Below, in pieces: positions 1 to 13,731 of a stretch of DNA of 64,000 nt. Source of the DNA: Eledone cirrhosa (taxonomy: Eukaryota); the NCBI GenBank assembly GCA_964016885.1, contig OZ024755.1, positions 5,332,001 to 5,396,000 of the forward strand. Reading direction: 5' to 3'. The translations under genes were made by a program, and so were the position numbers. Position 1 is the stretch's first letter. The number at the start of each line of letters is the position of its first letter. The notes under the pieces are model-generated. The model did not search any database. It was not told the origin of the DNA and saw nothing but the letters and a program-made list of their open reading frames with translations.

Positions 1-512
1 TACATATACATTAGTATTTTTTTCACATACATCATATATATATTAATGTTTGTTGACTGTTTACTTTGAAGTTTTGCCAACACTACTGGCTTAAAAATAA
101 ATTTATAACAAATATTACACCATGTTTTTTGTATTGAGTACTTTTCTTGTCAAATTCAAACGTACATATATTGATAGATAGATAGATAGAGAGAGGAAGA
201 CCAAAATATCCAAGAAGGCAAGAGAATAAGAGAAAATATATAAAGTAAAGGAGAGAACCAAAATGACAACCAAGCAAGGAGAGAGAGAGAGAGGGGTAAT
301 GTCCAGCAATGTCAACATTACAATAAATAAATTAGATTGTATTTTTTTTTATCAAGTACTTCTTCCCTCTTAAGTTCAGCCATAGATATAGATTTGTAGA
401 TAGTTCAGCCATAGATATAGATTTGTAGATAGATTGAGAGAGAAGGAGACATGAAGAACCAGAAATGACAACAATGTAAGGAAGAAAAGAATAGAGTGTA
501 TATATATATATA

Positions 513-638
513 TAACAAAGAAGGTGTGGTAAGATACCAGGTAGACTATAGCGCACCAAAGTACTAGATACTTAGGGTAGTATAGTGAGTAATAGAAAAA
601 GAGTCAGGACCCTGTCAGGGTCCTGTCTCTTTTCCTAT
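513..638 (-). mobile_element. Fold-back family P, diverged copy
   Basis: Homologous to 48109 and 62230; hairpin 592-638. Confidence 0.7.
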
Positions 639-726
639 ATATATAAATATATATATGTGTCTATATATATATACAGAGAGAGAGAGAGATACCATAGAGG
701 ATAGATTGATAGACAAAAGAAGAGAT

Positions 727-805
727 ATGCAATAGAAGATGTATAGAGAGATGCAATAGAAGATGTATAGAGAGATGCAATAGAAGATGTATAGAGAGAT
801 GCAAT
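727..805. repeat. 24-bp tandem repeat, 3 copies
   Basis: atgcaatagaagatgtatagagag. Confidence 0.9.
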
Positions 806-1859
806 GCTCCGATAGGAAGGTTTTGGAAATATCAAGTGTCGGTACATGACTAAAAAGAAATAGAAAAGATCTGTAAAGCAGATCAGTTTTAGTTGCCAAC
901 TATTTTTTTTAAAAAAGAAAGCTGACATAGAACGACACAGCAGTGCCCCAGCATGGCCACAGTTTAATGATAGAAACAAGTAAAAGAATAGAAATGTATT
1001 ATAAAATATTTCAGTTAATTCAGAAGACTCGCCTTCCCATGTGAACATGTTGAAACATACATCAAGTATGGACCCCTCTTACAACCCTTCCATACACCTC
1101 CCATGTCATAACACTCCACCCTTTACTAACAGCCTCACCCCCAGTCTACACTGTAAAGTGGTCATGTAGGTGTCATAAGAAAAAGTGCCCAGCCCACACT
1201 GTAAAGTGGTCGTTTGGGTGCCATGATATAAGGCACCCAGGACAGAATGTAAATGTGGTTGGCATTAGCAAGGGCACCCAGCTGTAGTAAACAAACCAGA
1301 AGAAACAGTTCTATATGAACAAGACACAGTCATTTGATCTGACTTGCCTCAAATGGGACAGCTGGTCTAACCCATGCCAGCAAACTCCCCAATTTTACAT
1401 ATCAAAGTGAGCTTGGCGTAGATAATTTGAATTGAAAAGTTATACAGGTATTAAATAAAAAAATTCTAGCCACCCTAAAACTAAAAAGCCCAGTTGAGGA
1501 CGCAAATAAATTGCTATGGCCAGCGCTGGTGGAGTCTCTTACTGCAGGGGGCTCAGCCGCCCCCTTTGCTCTCATTAAATTCGACCCTGACTGTGGTAAT
1601 TGTTCTATTTCTTCACACTCTGTGTTCAAAATCTTGCCAAGTTCAACACTGCTCTGCGTCATTCTGAGGTCAATAATATAAAGTTCTGGGGGTTAATTTA
1701 CTCAACTTTACCCTTCCCCTTAAATTTGTGACCTTGTGCCAAAATTAAAAATCAATATTGAAGTATGACATGAAAATACAAACTAAAACTAAACAAAATC
1801 TACCTGAAAGTATACTTCGGGTACAAGCCGAAGCTGAAGTATATAGACAATATGCCCCC

Positions 1860-2003
1860 ACCCCCACCCCCTCCCAAGTGGTCGTGGAGGTGCCACGGCA
1901 AAAAAAGCACCCAGCCCACACTGTAAAGTGGACGTATAGGCGCCAACCCGTCTAACCCATGCTAGCGTGGAAGAACAGACGTAAAACGGTGATGATGATG
2001 ATG
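1860..2003 (+). mobile_element. RTE 3' tail / RTE-tailed SINE fragment; similar short tails near 1150-1380, 5095, 7255, 10945, 21745, 23870, 27610, 40430, 42808, 54870 and 56425
   Basis: ctaacccatgctagcgtggaagaacagacgtaaaacggtgatgatgatg. Confidence 0.75.
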
Positions 2004-2963
2004 AAAGTATATTTGGTAACATAGTAGGTAACACCTGTCCCACCCACACTTCTGAAAGATATAGAGATATTGGTCCCTCTGGATAGATTAAAAAGATTAG
2101 GTTAGTATTGAACATTGATTTTCAACACAGTAAGAGAATCAACACCAGCTGTTAGTTTCAGTTTGGTAGGATTTCTATAAAAGTTTTATGATGTATTTAT
2201 AATGACCTTACAATCAATCATTAGTGAAAACACCTGTTCACATTGAGCAAAGGTGAATAATATTTAGGTACATTTTGAATTTTACCAGAGATGACAACAT
2301 TAAAAATATACTCGAGTTCATTTTATTTGTGTCTATTTGAATTTCCTCATAGTAGTTTTTATATACATGCAAAGCCCCTGAAACTGCCCTTGGTCCTTTC
2401 ATACAAAGCTATATATTCTAAAGCCCTTATATTTGTCTAAAATACTTCCATCATATTTTTTTTATTTATTTAAGTTATGTTCCAAACATCAGCTTGAAAA
2501 AGAGAAAGTTTTACACACACACATTCATGTATGATGACTTAGTAAGTATTGCTATTCTGGAGGTTTATCTGTTCACTCACAGGATCATGTTTTGTCCTAT
2601 GACCCTGTGAGTGAACAGGTGAAACTCCAGAGTAACAAGACTCTCTACTTAGCCATAATAAATCACTATTTAAACTCTACTTTGGTATTGAGCATTCTTT
2701 TCTGTTGTCCATTACCCACATACGAATATATATATATATGTATATATATTGCATCGATGCGAGAAAAACCACAAACCCTCCATCTCTATTCTACTTTTGA
2801 AAAGCATAAGAACTGTGAAACTGGTAAAGGAAACAAATAAATATTCTTAAAAAGACTCCAGTTGCATTTTGGATTTCATCTTTTTCCCTTATACTTTCAC
2901 TCATGTAGGACATCACGTTTTTTTCATTTAAAAAGAAAACCTCATTTTCTTTATATATATATA

Positions 2964-3206
2964 TAGTTATGTAATAAACAACATAAGATAATTATTTCAT
3001 TTACCAGTGGTTTCTTGAAAGCAAACAAAATTTGCTTTCAGTCATCATAATGAAAAAATCCTGGTGACTGAAAGCAAATTTTGTTTGCTTTCAAGAAACC
3101 ACTGGTAAATGAAATAATTATCTCATGTTGTTTATTACATAACTAATAAGCTCTGTAACCTACATAGAGCACTCTTTTTTCCTGGACCTTTCCGACGGAA
3201 TTACTT
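2964..3206 (+). mobile_element. Penelope-like fold-back element: inverted arms of about 84 bp plus tail
   Basis: Arms 2964-3047 and 3062-3145; hammerhead motif in the arms; flanked by (TA)n. Confidence 0.7.
2995..3055 (-). ncRNA. Degenerate type-I hammerhead ribozyme
   Basis: Stem I TTTCATT/AATGAAA, core ATGATGA (mirror arm CTGGTGA), 10-bp stem II, GAAA, stem III ACCA-C-TGGT, GTA site. Confidence 0.65.
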
Positions 3207-3268
<62 letters not shown>

Positions 3269-3721
3269 ATTGGTTATTTGAAAAACCATACTCAGTGTCT
3301 TTCATTAGAAATATGTTTAATAATTAAAACATAATACTACTAAATACCTTAACATTAATACTGACCCCCACCTCCAAAAACAAAAAATCAAACAAACAAT
3401 CATTGTTTGAAATAAGAGAACAAAAGTAGTAGTAGTAGCAGTAGTAGTGGTAATGGAAGTAGTAGTAGTTGCAGTAGCAATAGTAGTAGTATAAGAATAA
3501 CAGTAGGAGTAATATAGAGGAATAATTTAGGAAAGGAGCAGGAAAGCCAACCCTGTTAAATAGAAGAACAGCTTCAGTAGTAGCAAGAATGGAGAGCGCA
3601 AGGAGGTTTTGTTAAAAAGGGTAGTTGAAAAAAGGGGAAACCTGGATTATACCATAAGCAATTGCAAACATATTTGATTGGTTGAAATTAATAGTTTTAT
3701 CCGATTTTAAAAACTAATTAT

Positions 3722-3950
3722 TTAACCCTTTAGCATTTATATTACTCTATATATACTATTATATTTCTGTGGCAAGGGCTTTATCTGACATAATTACCTT
3801 ACATGATATTGAATATATGAGATTTTGATGTTATTTATTTTGAGAACAATACCTTAATGTCAGTATGAGCAGCCAGTTACAACCAGTTTGAACAGAAAGA
3901 GGTGAGAGAATTCTGGCCGGATATGGCTGGTTTAAATTGTAAAAGGTTAA
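3722..3950. mobile_element. piggyBac-like MITE family 1
   Basis: Ends TTAA-CCCTTTAGCATTTA ... AAAAGG-TTAA; about 230 bp; multicopy. Confidence 0.85.
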
Positions 3951-4014
3951 AATATATTCTTAATTATACTGACTTGCAATTACTGATTGCCAATATATCA
4001 TCTATATTATCTAA

Positions 4015-4204
4015 TAATTGTTTCTACTTTAGGCACAAGGCCAGCAATTATCCCAGTGTATTACTGGTACTTTATTTTATCGACCCCGTAAGGATGAAAG
4101 GCAAAGTTAACCTTGGCGGGATTTGAACTCAGACCACAAAGGGCCGTAACTCTATACTGCAAAGCATGGCGTCCGACCCTCTACTGATACTGCCAATCCA
4201 CCGC
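4015..4204 (-). mobile_element. tRNA-derived SINE family A
   Basis: B box gagttcaaatcc, central ttgcctttcatccttacggggtcgataaaataaagtacc, tail gtagaaacaatta. Confidence 0.85.
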
Positions 4205-4369
4205 AGTATCGGTAGAGGGTCGGACGCTATGCTTTTCAGCATAGTTATGTCCCTTTACGGTCTGAGTTCAAATCCCGTCGAGGATAACTTTGCCTTTCAT
4301 CCTTACGGGGTCGATAAAGTAATGCACTGGGTAATTGCTGGCCTTGTGCCTAAAGTAGAAACAATTATT
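4204..4369 (+). mobile_element. SINE family A (head-to-head with the previous copy)
   Basis: Same consensus. Confidence 0.85.
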
Positions 4370-4936
4370 ATGTATTGGAGGATTGTGAGGGAGATATTGC
4401 TCCTGTTTACTCAGTTGTAGAAATGAGCTGCAATGTCTGATGCCAAGCTGTATCGGCCATTGCCTTTCCCTTGGACAACATTGGTGGCGTTGGAGAGGTG
4501 AGACTGGTATGCCTGAATACCTGGACTTATACCATAATGGGGGAACTTTCTGGGTGCAAATCTGATGGTCATTTGTGACCAAAGAGGATCTTTACCCTTC
4601 ACCCTTTTCCTTTACTAGAATAATTTAGTGTACATATGTTAACCATTTTATTCCCAGAAATAGAGTAAAAGAAAAAAAAAAAAGGGTTAACACTTATTCA
4701 CCGAATTATTCTAGTAACCAGACAGGATTTTCATTCATGAATTGAAATCTGTGATGCTATAGATTCCATGTGTATATAACAGTGTGTAGAACAGACAATG
4801 AAATGGTAAAATGGAATCACTGAGGCATTTAATGATAAATGCAGGAAGAAGGAGAATTCCATTTGTTTAGACTTCAATGAGAAGTCAGAGGCATAGAAAT
4901 CTCTTTATATCTACCAACCATAATAATGATGCATCA

Positions 4937-4974
<38 letters not shown>

Positions 4975-4975
<1 letters not shown>

Positions 4976-5063
4976 TGTCCCAAAAATGTATACACACTTC
5001 AACAGCATTCTAATAAATATTGCCTGCACAGGTAACCAAAGTGTGTATACATTTTTTGGACAC
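4975..5063. mobile_element. Tc1/mariner-like MITE (partial copy 23318-23387)
   Basis: About 25-bp TIR gtgtcccaaaaatgtatacacactt / aagtgtgtatacattttttggacac in TA context. Confidence 0.7.
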
Positions 5064-5159
5064 ACACATTATATATATATTTATATATTTATAGGGAAAA
5101 GTGGACGTAAAATGATGATGATATTAAATAAATGGAAACTATATTTATAAAACCATATT

Positions 5160-5211
5160 TATTCTATTATATATATTTCAAAACTTTGGTACGCTCTCAT
5201 CAGATAAAATA
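5160..5211 (-). ncRNA. Type-I hammerhead ribozyme motif
   Basis: tattttat CTGATGA gagc..gtttt GAAA tatatata atagaata; weak stem II. Confidence 0.55.
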
Positions 5212-5429
5212 CAAAGTTTGTTTTATAAATATTGACATAACCAAGAAAAATACCTTAACGGTTCAAGTTTTTCCTGGATAGTTATATAGTTATATATATA
5301 TATATATATATGTAGCTGTCTATAACATTTACACATACATGCAATGCATTTCTTATATCAGTTATGTTGCTACAATAAGAAGTTCTCTTTCTAATCACAT
5401 GGTCTTCTAATCCTAATGAACTGTAGATG

Positions 5430-5695
5430 ATGAGAATAGAGCCAGTGATAAATGTTGTGAAGAGAAATAGAATGAGGTGGTTGGGTCATGTGTTGAGGAA
5501 GGATGAAAGTGATTGTGTGGGAAGAATGATGGAAAGGGAAAACCGAGAAAGACATGATTAAAGATAATGGAGGAGGAATGAAAGTCAAGAAAGTTGAGTA
5601 AGACAGGAGGTTACAGTTGATAGGGCAAACTAGAGAACCCTGTTATTAGGCCCACAAGGTTAATCTGTGCTTTAGTGAAGGTAAAATAGTTTTAA
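5430..5695 (+). mobile_element. Old degenerate RTE 3' fragment
   Basis: Manual translation RNRMRWLGHVLRKDESDCV...PRKT. Confidence 0.65.
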
Positions 5696-6372
5696 AACGC
5701 CTGTAGCTTTTGTTTTAGGAATGATTAGTAAAGTGAAAGATGGCAATGAAGCCGTAGATGATCTAAATACTAAAAGCTTGTCTGGATATTCCAAGCTTTC
5801 TACCAGATTACATAATACTTATCATTTTCAAGACATTCATATATATTTATTTTCCTTCTATATTTACTGGAAAGCATTATTAAATCCTAAAAATATTGAT
5901 TAAAATAGACGCAATATAAATATCTGTGTGTATATAGGTGTTTGTGTGTGTATTTGTGTGGGTATGTGTATAGTTGTGTGTATAACTGTTTGTATATGTA
6001 TGTGTAGTCACCACTAAGTCTATTAATCATAGTATTAATGCTGGTACGATGATGTGTATGTTTTATATGTATGTATATACATATGTGTATATATGTATGT
6101 ATGTATATTCTTGATCCTCTATCAAATAACATCCTAGTTAGAACTATGTGATTCCTACAATCTCTTAGAATATAATTTAATATTAAATCATAAAAAAAAA
6201 ATAAAAATAATTCATTAATAATTAATAAATAATCTGGAATCTTTACACTAAAAAAAAAATGAAAAAGAAGAAAAGTGTTCTAAGAAATTCTTATAATAAT
6301 CATCTTATATTGTAATCGGAGTTTTATTTCAACCAATCATATGTCTGCCGAGGAGAAGTCCCTTATACTAAC

Positions 6373-6498
6373 CAGGGAATTTATTACGATCAACATAGGA
6401 TAATCCTAAGACGCTTTGTGGATTATAAGACGGCACAGTGTCATCATTTCCAGTGTGGTTTAACATCACCAGTGGGATCGCTTCCTCTGTACCCCTGC
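6373..6498 (-). CDS. Candidate 126-nt symmetric phase-1 exon (RGTEEAIPLVMLNHTG...RNKFP) of an unknown gene
   Basis: Acceptor ttttgtatatctag, donor gttagt (or read-through to stop), open frame, unique GC-richer island. Confidence 0.35.
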
Positions 6499-8175
6499 CT
6501 AGATATACAAAATCATAGAAAAAAAAAATAAAAATAATGTATTAGAATCTATTAAACCAAACTAAAAATAAAGAACGAAAAAAAAAAAAATTTTTTTTTT
6601 TTTTTTTTTCAACAAGTGTGTCCATTGGTATTGATTTTGATGGCAATCTCTTCGATGCAGTAATGGGAGTTCTTTGATAGTTCCTGTTCCAGAGGGATAT
6701 TAAACTTTCAGTTTTAACCCTTTTGATATCAACCCAACCAAAAACTGGCTCTGATTCTATGAAACAAAACTACCCGTTCATTACCATATATTTGTTTATT
6801 AACATGAAAAGCTGCCTCAGTTTTTCAAATTATTTTGAATATAATCAGGAATTTCTCATTATTAAACTGGTGCTTGGAATATAAGTTCAGGGAGGTTCTT
6901 ATATAAAATTATCATTAAAGGTTTTTAGATAAATATAAGGCTTTTACTCTTCAATATTTTTTTGTTAGTTTCAGTCATTAGACTGATTATCCTGGGACTC
7001 AATCTTGAAGAGATTTAGTCTAGTCAGTCATATCGAATCCAGATCTCATTTCTTTTAAAGTCAAAAGAAAAACTTTGTCTGATAAAACCAAGGCTCTCAG
7101 ATGGGTTGTTAGCAAAAGGGTTAAATATAAGATGCTAAAGAAGATTTTGCGGTATATATATATATATTTAATATAGAAAAGGCTTCTACAGGACTAGAAC
7201 TGTTTCATTCAGGAGAAATCGTCGGGATAAACTTATATATATATATATAATCATTGTCATCATTTTAACACCAGCCTTCCCTCCTAGCAAGGGTTGGACC
7301 AAGTCAATACTGAAGTGGGGCTACTGATTTCTGTGACAATCCAGGGATATGTGTCTCACTTATGTATGGTCCCACATTCTACTGAGTATACAGGAGAGGT
7401 CGTCATGTCTTTGACACAACTGAGGGTCCTCCGAACCCTTTGTTTGGTAAGCTTTCTATAGCTAGATGTCTTTCCTATCATCACTTTGTGCAAGAACTTT
7501 TGCTAAGTTATGCCCAAAACAGCCATTCTATCATAGGTATGGTCTGATGAAGGTGGAGAGGAACTATCAAAAAACCTGAAATGAAGTGAAATTAGCTTCT
7601 ATGGTTTAGTTGTCAGTATTTTTTCAATTACCGAAATAACTCTGACATGAATAAATAAATAGATAAATAAAGACAAAATAAAAACAAATAAAAATAAATT
7701 AAAATAAAAGCAAATTACGATAAAACATTCATAATCAAAAGAAAAGTTGCATTTGGATTTTCAGACAAAACTAAAGCATACAATTTACAAATAAATAAAA
7801 TGTGTAATTAATAAACAATATTAATTAATAACAAGAACAATTACAAAACAATGAACTAAAAAAACAATCATACATTTGTTAGATAAAAATAATATCCATA
7901 CTGAAATATTGTGAGTTGAATAGTTCAAATCATCTGAGATTATCCAAGCTATTAGTAAACAAAAACAAATATAAAACAAAACTATCTCTAGAGGTGCTAA
8001 AAATCTAAAAAAATAACAAGCAAGGGAGATAAATGTTATGAGATCAGTTGATCAAAATCTAAAACAACAAGCAAGAGAAATAACTCTCGTAAGATTATTT
8101 GATTAACATTTTTGTACAATACTATAGACAATGTAGATTGGAACGGACCTGGTCTTTAAAAGCCAACTGGGAAAA

Positions 8176-8218
8176 GCAATGGACATGTTTCGATCTTATT
8201 AGATCTTATCAGCAAAGC
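8176..8218 (-). ncRNA. Degenerate minimal hammerhead
   Basis: CTGATAA gatct-aata-agatc GAAAC-AT-GTC; palindromic stem III ACATGT. Confidence 0.55.
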
Positions 8219-8648
8219 ATATTCTACTCAATAGGCTTGGCATGACTAAGCATGATCTATCTCTCTATCTACTTATCTATCTATCTATCTATATATATAT
8301 AGAAATATATCTATATATATAGAGAGAAATAGAGGGTATATAGGTGGACACTGATTACAAATAACAACAATATGGAAAATGGAAAATACCTCACAGGATT
8401 GATCTGCACACTAAATACACATGGTAGAATATCACACAAGTAATATAGTGAGCTGAAAAACTTCAATTAACCATTAAACTCCTTCACACACAATTCTGTT
8501 AGATATTACACATACTTACACACACACAATGATTTTTTTATGGAAAAAAACCAAACAAACAGAAATAGCATTGATCCATGAGTATTGATGAAACAAGCAT
8601 TTAGAGTTGGTTATGCGTAACAGAATATACATATTCTCCCTCTCTGTA

Positions 8649-8682
<34 letters not shown>

Positions 8683-9871
8683 AATATTTGTCTATCTGTC
8701 TACCCATTTACAAAAACCTGATGTTCTATCTTTAACTCTTTTGATACCAAACTGCCTGGAACTACTTCTGGTTCTATGATACAAAACTGTCTATTTTAAA
8801 GTGTTTAGATACATCTAATAACCTCTTTTCATTGTTATATATATATATATATATATAAAACGTTTGTAAAATTATGCTCCAAAGACCAAAATAAAACTTT
8901 TGATACCAAACTGCCTGAACACATTCGGTTTTTATGATACAAAGTATATATTTATCTAAAAATCTTCTATCATAATAATTATGTCTAAGAACCTTTGTTA
9001 AATTATGTTTCAAACATCAACTTAACTCTTTTGATACCAAATCCCCTAAAACTGTATCTAGTTCTGTGGTACAAAACTATTTATTTTAACGTGTTCATCT
9101 TTTTGTTTCTAAAAGGTTTCTTTCATGATTTTTTGTAAGACTTGTGAAGAAGACAGAACGTGACTGTTATGTGTGTCTGATAGTGTACATGTTCACCCTG
9201 CCTCCCCTATCAAGTGACAATGAACTATTCTACGTTTGTGTGTCTCACATGGCTTGCATGCTCTGTCTTACAATAACGACTCTGTTTTGAGTCAAACTAA
9301 ACAACTTTATGCAGTTGAACTCTGTTGTACGGTTGGGTGTCTTGAAGAGAGAGCCTAGGATTTAACAATCCAATTGTCAACAGCAGACCCTTTAAAACAA
9401 GATTCTTCACCAAGTTATGTTCCAAATAGCAGCTAAATAATGAGAAAGCAAGTTATATTACTAAATCTCTCCAATTTCTTCATTAGATTTCAGATATATT
9501 TGAAAATTATAGGCAATGTCTTTCATTAGAAATATATTAATGAAAGTATTAAGGTGTTCAGTATCTAATGAAGAAAATAAGTGTTCAGATATACATAGTT
9601 TGTATTATTTCCTCTATAAATTATAGCACATTATCCTAATATGTCACATTTTGATTATTTAGGTGTCTAAAATTGTTGTTAGGTATTAAGATATCTAATA
9701 ACAACACTAATTATGAAACTAAATACTTTGTAGCTCTGTTACTTCAGCCAACGTACTGGATCATTAAATAATAATAATAATAAGTTGGTAATTAAAGAGA
9801 TATATCATCTTGATGAATGTGTGAAATTCTTTCTGTGTGGAATTAATAAAGTTAAGTGTCGTCTGTAAGGT

Positions 9872-10400
9872 GAGCATGTGCAAAATGTGAGTATAGAAGA
9901 TATGACAGAATCTGTATAACCCTTCACTGGTAAATATACCAAAAATATGGATATTAAGTGTCTGATAAGGGTACATACTGGAATGTCGCAGAAATTGTCC
10001 TTAATGATAGAGACAAACTCACACAAGATACCTTGGGACTTCACTACCAAGTGTCTGATAAGGGGTATGTAAAGGTATGTCTCAGAAAGTGTCCTTGTGA
10101 TTGAGATAAATCCACTCAAGATACTCTGGGACTTCACTATCCAAATGAACTGCACACTTGAACACAACAGACCTGATATTATAGTTATGCCCAGAAATAA
10201 GTGAGAATTAACCCAGCTAAGATACCCTGGGACTTCACTATTGAAAAATAAAATATGATATTGTAGCTATGCTCAGAATTAGGAGAGAATGCTAGATGAC
10301 AGAGGCAAACCCATCCAAGATATTATGAGTCTTCACTCTCCAAACAGACCTGATATTGTGGTTATACTTAGAAATAGGTGAGATTATGGATGTTATCACC
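9872..10400 (+). mobile_element. Decayed R4/Dong-type non-LTR fragment (restriction-like endonuclease region) with internal tandem duplications
   Basis: Manual translation EYRRYDRICITLHW*IYQKYG and KILWDFTIQMNCTLEHNRPDIIV. Confidence 0.75.
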
Positions 10401-11032
10401 CCAAGAAGGGACCACAACACAACACTGGAAAATATATAAAAAAAAAAAAATCAAAATAGATTGACTTGAAGGTGGAAATGACATGAATGGAGTCGATACT
10501 AAGTATTCCATTCCACAGACACATGTACCTTCTTCACACACAGACACCTCACAAAGACCAATGCATCTCATCACATGCAGTCAATGTACCTCGATTGATC
10601 ATATCCACCCACACATATATGGCAGTGCTATTAAATAACTCACACACTTAGACACCACCACTTCATACATGCCTTTTCCCAAACACACTTGTCCCCTCTC
10701 CCTGTCTTGATACTTCCCAGGGGACAATATTTTCAACCAACCTTACAGTACTCTCTTTTCATCACTTTCTCCTTAGTGTGCACCATCATTATGTTCCTTT
10801 ATCTCCCTCTCTCTCTTTATACCACTATTTCTGAAGAAGTACTAATGTCCAAAACGTTATAGACACATTAAATTAATTACATTTATCACAGTGTGTTTTC
10901 TGACTGATGGTAACCTTGCACCTTACATACACATATACACTTGTATCATCATCACTGATTAACGTCCATTTTTCCATGCTAGCATGGGTTAGTATGTATG
11001 TACATATACATACATAGACATAATATATCTCC

Positions 11033-11127
<95 letters not shown>

Positions 11128-11982
11128 GGCTTTAATCTTTGTCAGATGTGATCATTGAATTATAAATTGTCGTAAGAAAACAAATTGCTGCTTAGATAAA
11201 GTAATTTGATAAAAAAAACATTTACAATTTTGAAAATTAATAAATAGAAAATATAGATTATTTTAAACATCATTTAAAAGTTCATTAATTCCTCTTTCAT
11301 ATACAACATCTTGTAATAATTAATAATGTTCTGTAGAATTCTGTAGAATTTAGCAAAGCTATGTCTATCGTTTAGTATTTTAAATTTTTTATATTTTTTT
11401 TTTGTGGGTGTTTAATGTAAAGGAAACAAACAAAACATTGATAATTATATATGTAAAAAATAACCCAAAACAAAAAAACTAACAAAAATAATATAAAAAA
11501 AGCAATTTTTTTTTTTTTGCAAATCAATATTTTCAAAATTACAGATTAAATTTTCAGCATGCTTGAGAAGTAAAAATAAATTAAAAAAAATAGAAACAGA
11601 AAAAAAAGTATTTGATAAATTAGTTTATAATTTCAATGTCTAGATGAGAATATGCCGTAGGTTTAGTAAATTAAATAATAGAGTAAGTTTGACAAAATAA
11701 ATACCGCTTTTCTAAACAGTGTTATTAATCATAATGCAATTGAAAACATCACAAAGCCATTACCATAACCCCAAGAATATTGTAAAGTAATGACATGCAT
11801 TGAGTAAATAATGACCCTTTATTTAACATAGGAAAACACAAAACAAAACCATATTAAAAACCCAAAGAAAAAAAAAACTATGGAGTAAGAAAGATATTTG
11901 GATAAAACCAAAAGCAGAAATGTGAAATGTTATTATATAAAGAAGCTGAGTCTTATCTTATTATTATTATTTAGACATTGAA

Positions 11983-12174
11983 GGGCAGGGAATTGGTAGA
12001 ACTGGTAGAGCATCGGAGAACATGCTTTGCAGCATAGAGTTACGGCCCTTTACAGTCTGAGTTCAAACCCCACCGAGGTTAGCTTTGCCTTTCATCCTTA
12101 CCGGGTCGATAAAATAAAGTACCAGTAATACACTGGGATAATTGCTGGTCTTGTGCCAAAAGTAGAAACAATTA
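11983..12174 (+). mobile_element. SINE family A
   Basis: Same consensus, near full length. Confidence 0.85.
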
Positions 12175-12855
12175 TAGAGTGTGTGACGAAGCTGATCCTT
12201 AACCATTTCATAACTATATTTCTAATGAAATAGACTCCATTTCAATTAGTTGATGAAGAATTTTGAGGGATTTACTAAAATTATCAATTATTTCATTACT
12301 AAGCTACTAACTTAATGTAAGGTTCTTATATAAGATTATGTTGGAAGATTTTAATTTAAAATGAGTGTAGATATTTCATAGAATTAGAGCCAGTTTTGGC
12401 CAGATTAGTAACTAAAGGGTTAAAATTACTAGCACAGTCCATCTCCTACAGACTTCTAAATAATTTCTATCTCCCCAATTTCATCCACAAGGCTTGAGTT
12501 GACCAAAAGGTATGGTAAAAGATATTTACCCATGATACAGTGTGTGACAAAGTTGACCCTTAAAATTACTGGCACAGTCCATCTTCTACAGTTTCTATCC
12601 CCTCAATTTCACCCTCATTATTTGGTGCACTATTAACACACTAATTGCTGCACTATTTGGTGTACTGTGTTGCACTATTTACAATGAAACTTTTGGCACC
12701 AAGAAATACATGATAAATGTTAAGTGAAGTTAACAGTTTTTTGTGTTTTCCTCAATGTAATTCTCTTCATCCCATTTTCTCTTCTATGTCTGAAAATATA
12801 TATTTGTTGTTGGAAAAATTGATGTATCATTTTGTTGTTTATTTTTTTTTTACTG

Positions 12856-13073
12856 TTAACCACTCAACTGTGATTCAGTGAGAGATGTAAGGTCCCTCTG
12901 GTTATTAATGATGTCTGTATGTCTATGTATGTGTCTGTGTGTGTGTCTGTCTGTGCATCTGTCTGCGTGTGTCTGGAGGGAGCTCAATTTATGGTCTGTT
13001 CGTATCATTATTTCAAATGTCAAATGTGAGTGTGTGGCATTTTTCACTATTTTACTGCTTGAAACTAGAATCC
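12856..13073 (-). CDS. Candidate phase-1 terminal exon (72 codons)
   Basis: Acceptor acttatcattgcag; the other two phases stop within 8 codons. Confidence 0.25.
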
Positions 13074-13550
13074 CTGCAATGATAAGTATAGATTACAAAA
13101 AATAAAAACATTCTAAAAATGTATTTTTTTCTCTCTTGCAATCTACAGGTGAGTTGATTTACATAATTTTCAACCACCAAGTGGTACTTAATACTAAAGA
13201 AGGAGAGTAATGGGATTTGAGCCTACCATTTTCCCATCAGATTCTCAACTTTTAATGTCTACTTTATCAATGCTGTTATGTTTTTGAGAAAGCTTCATTT
13301 TGATTGGTTGAGTCATTTAAATCTTCTTAGTGAAGAGGAGATTCTAGTAATTTTATCATCCTAAACAAAGCCATACAAATACTGAATGAACGCAGGTAAG
13401 TCTTCAATAAATGTTAGAAAAGATTCATCTCTTTTATTATAATATTTCTAATGAAAGATACTGCCTATTACTTTCAAATAATTTTGAAAATAATAAAAAA
13501 TTTAGGGGGATTTAGTAATATAACTAAATTTCACATTATTATTTTGGTGT

Positions 13551-13731
13551 TTGGCAGTATTAGTAGAGAGTCGGACGCCATGCTTTCCAGCATAGTTACG
13601 GCCCTTGCTATTCTGAGTTCAAATCCCGCCGAGGTTAACTTTGCCTTTCATCCTTACGGGGTCGATAAAATAAAGTACCAGTAATGTACTGGGAGAATTG
13701 CTGGCCTTGTGCCAAAGGTAGAAACAATTAT
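13551..13731 (+). mobile_element. SINE family A inserted in a TTAA MITE remnant
   Basis: Flanking direct repeat attattattttggtgtttgg. Confidence 0.85.

Noticed and set aside
1402-1662. 86-aa ORF as a gene
   Set aside because: No recognisable homology; its start or acceptor lies in a SINE remnant and is not phase 1.
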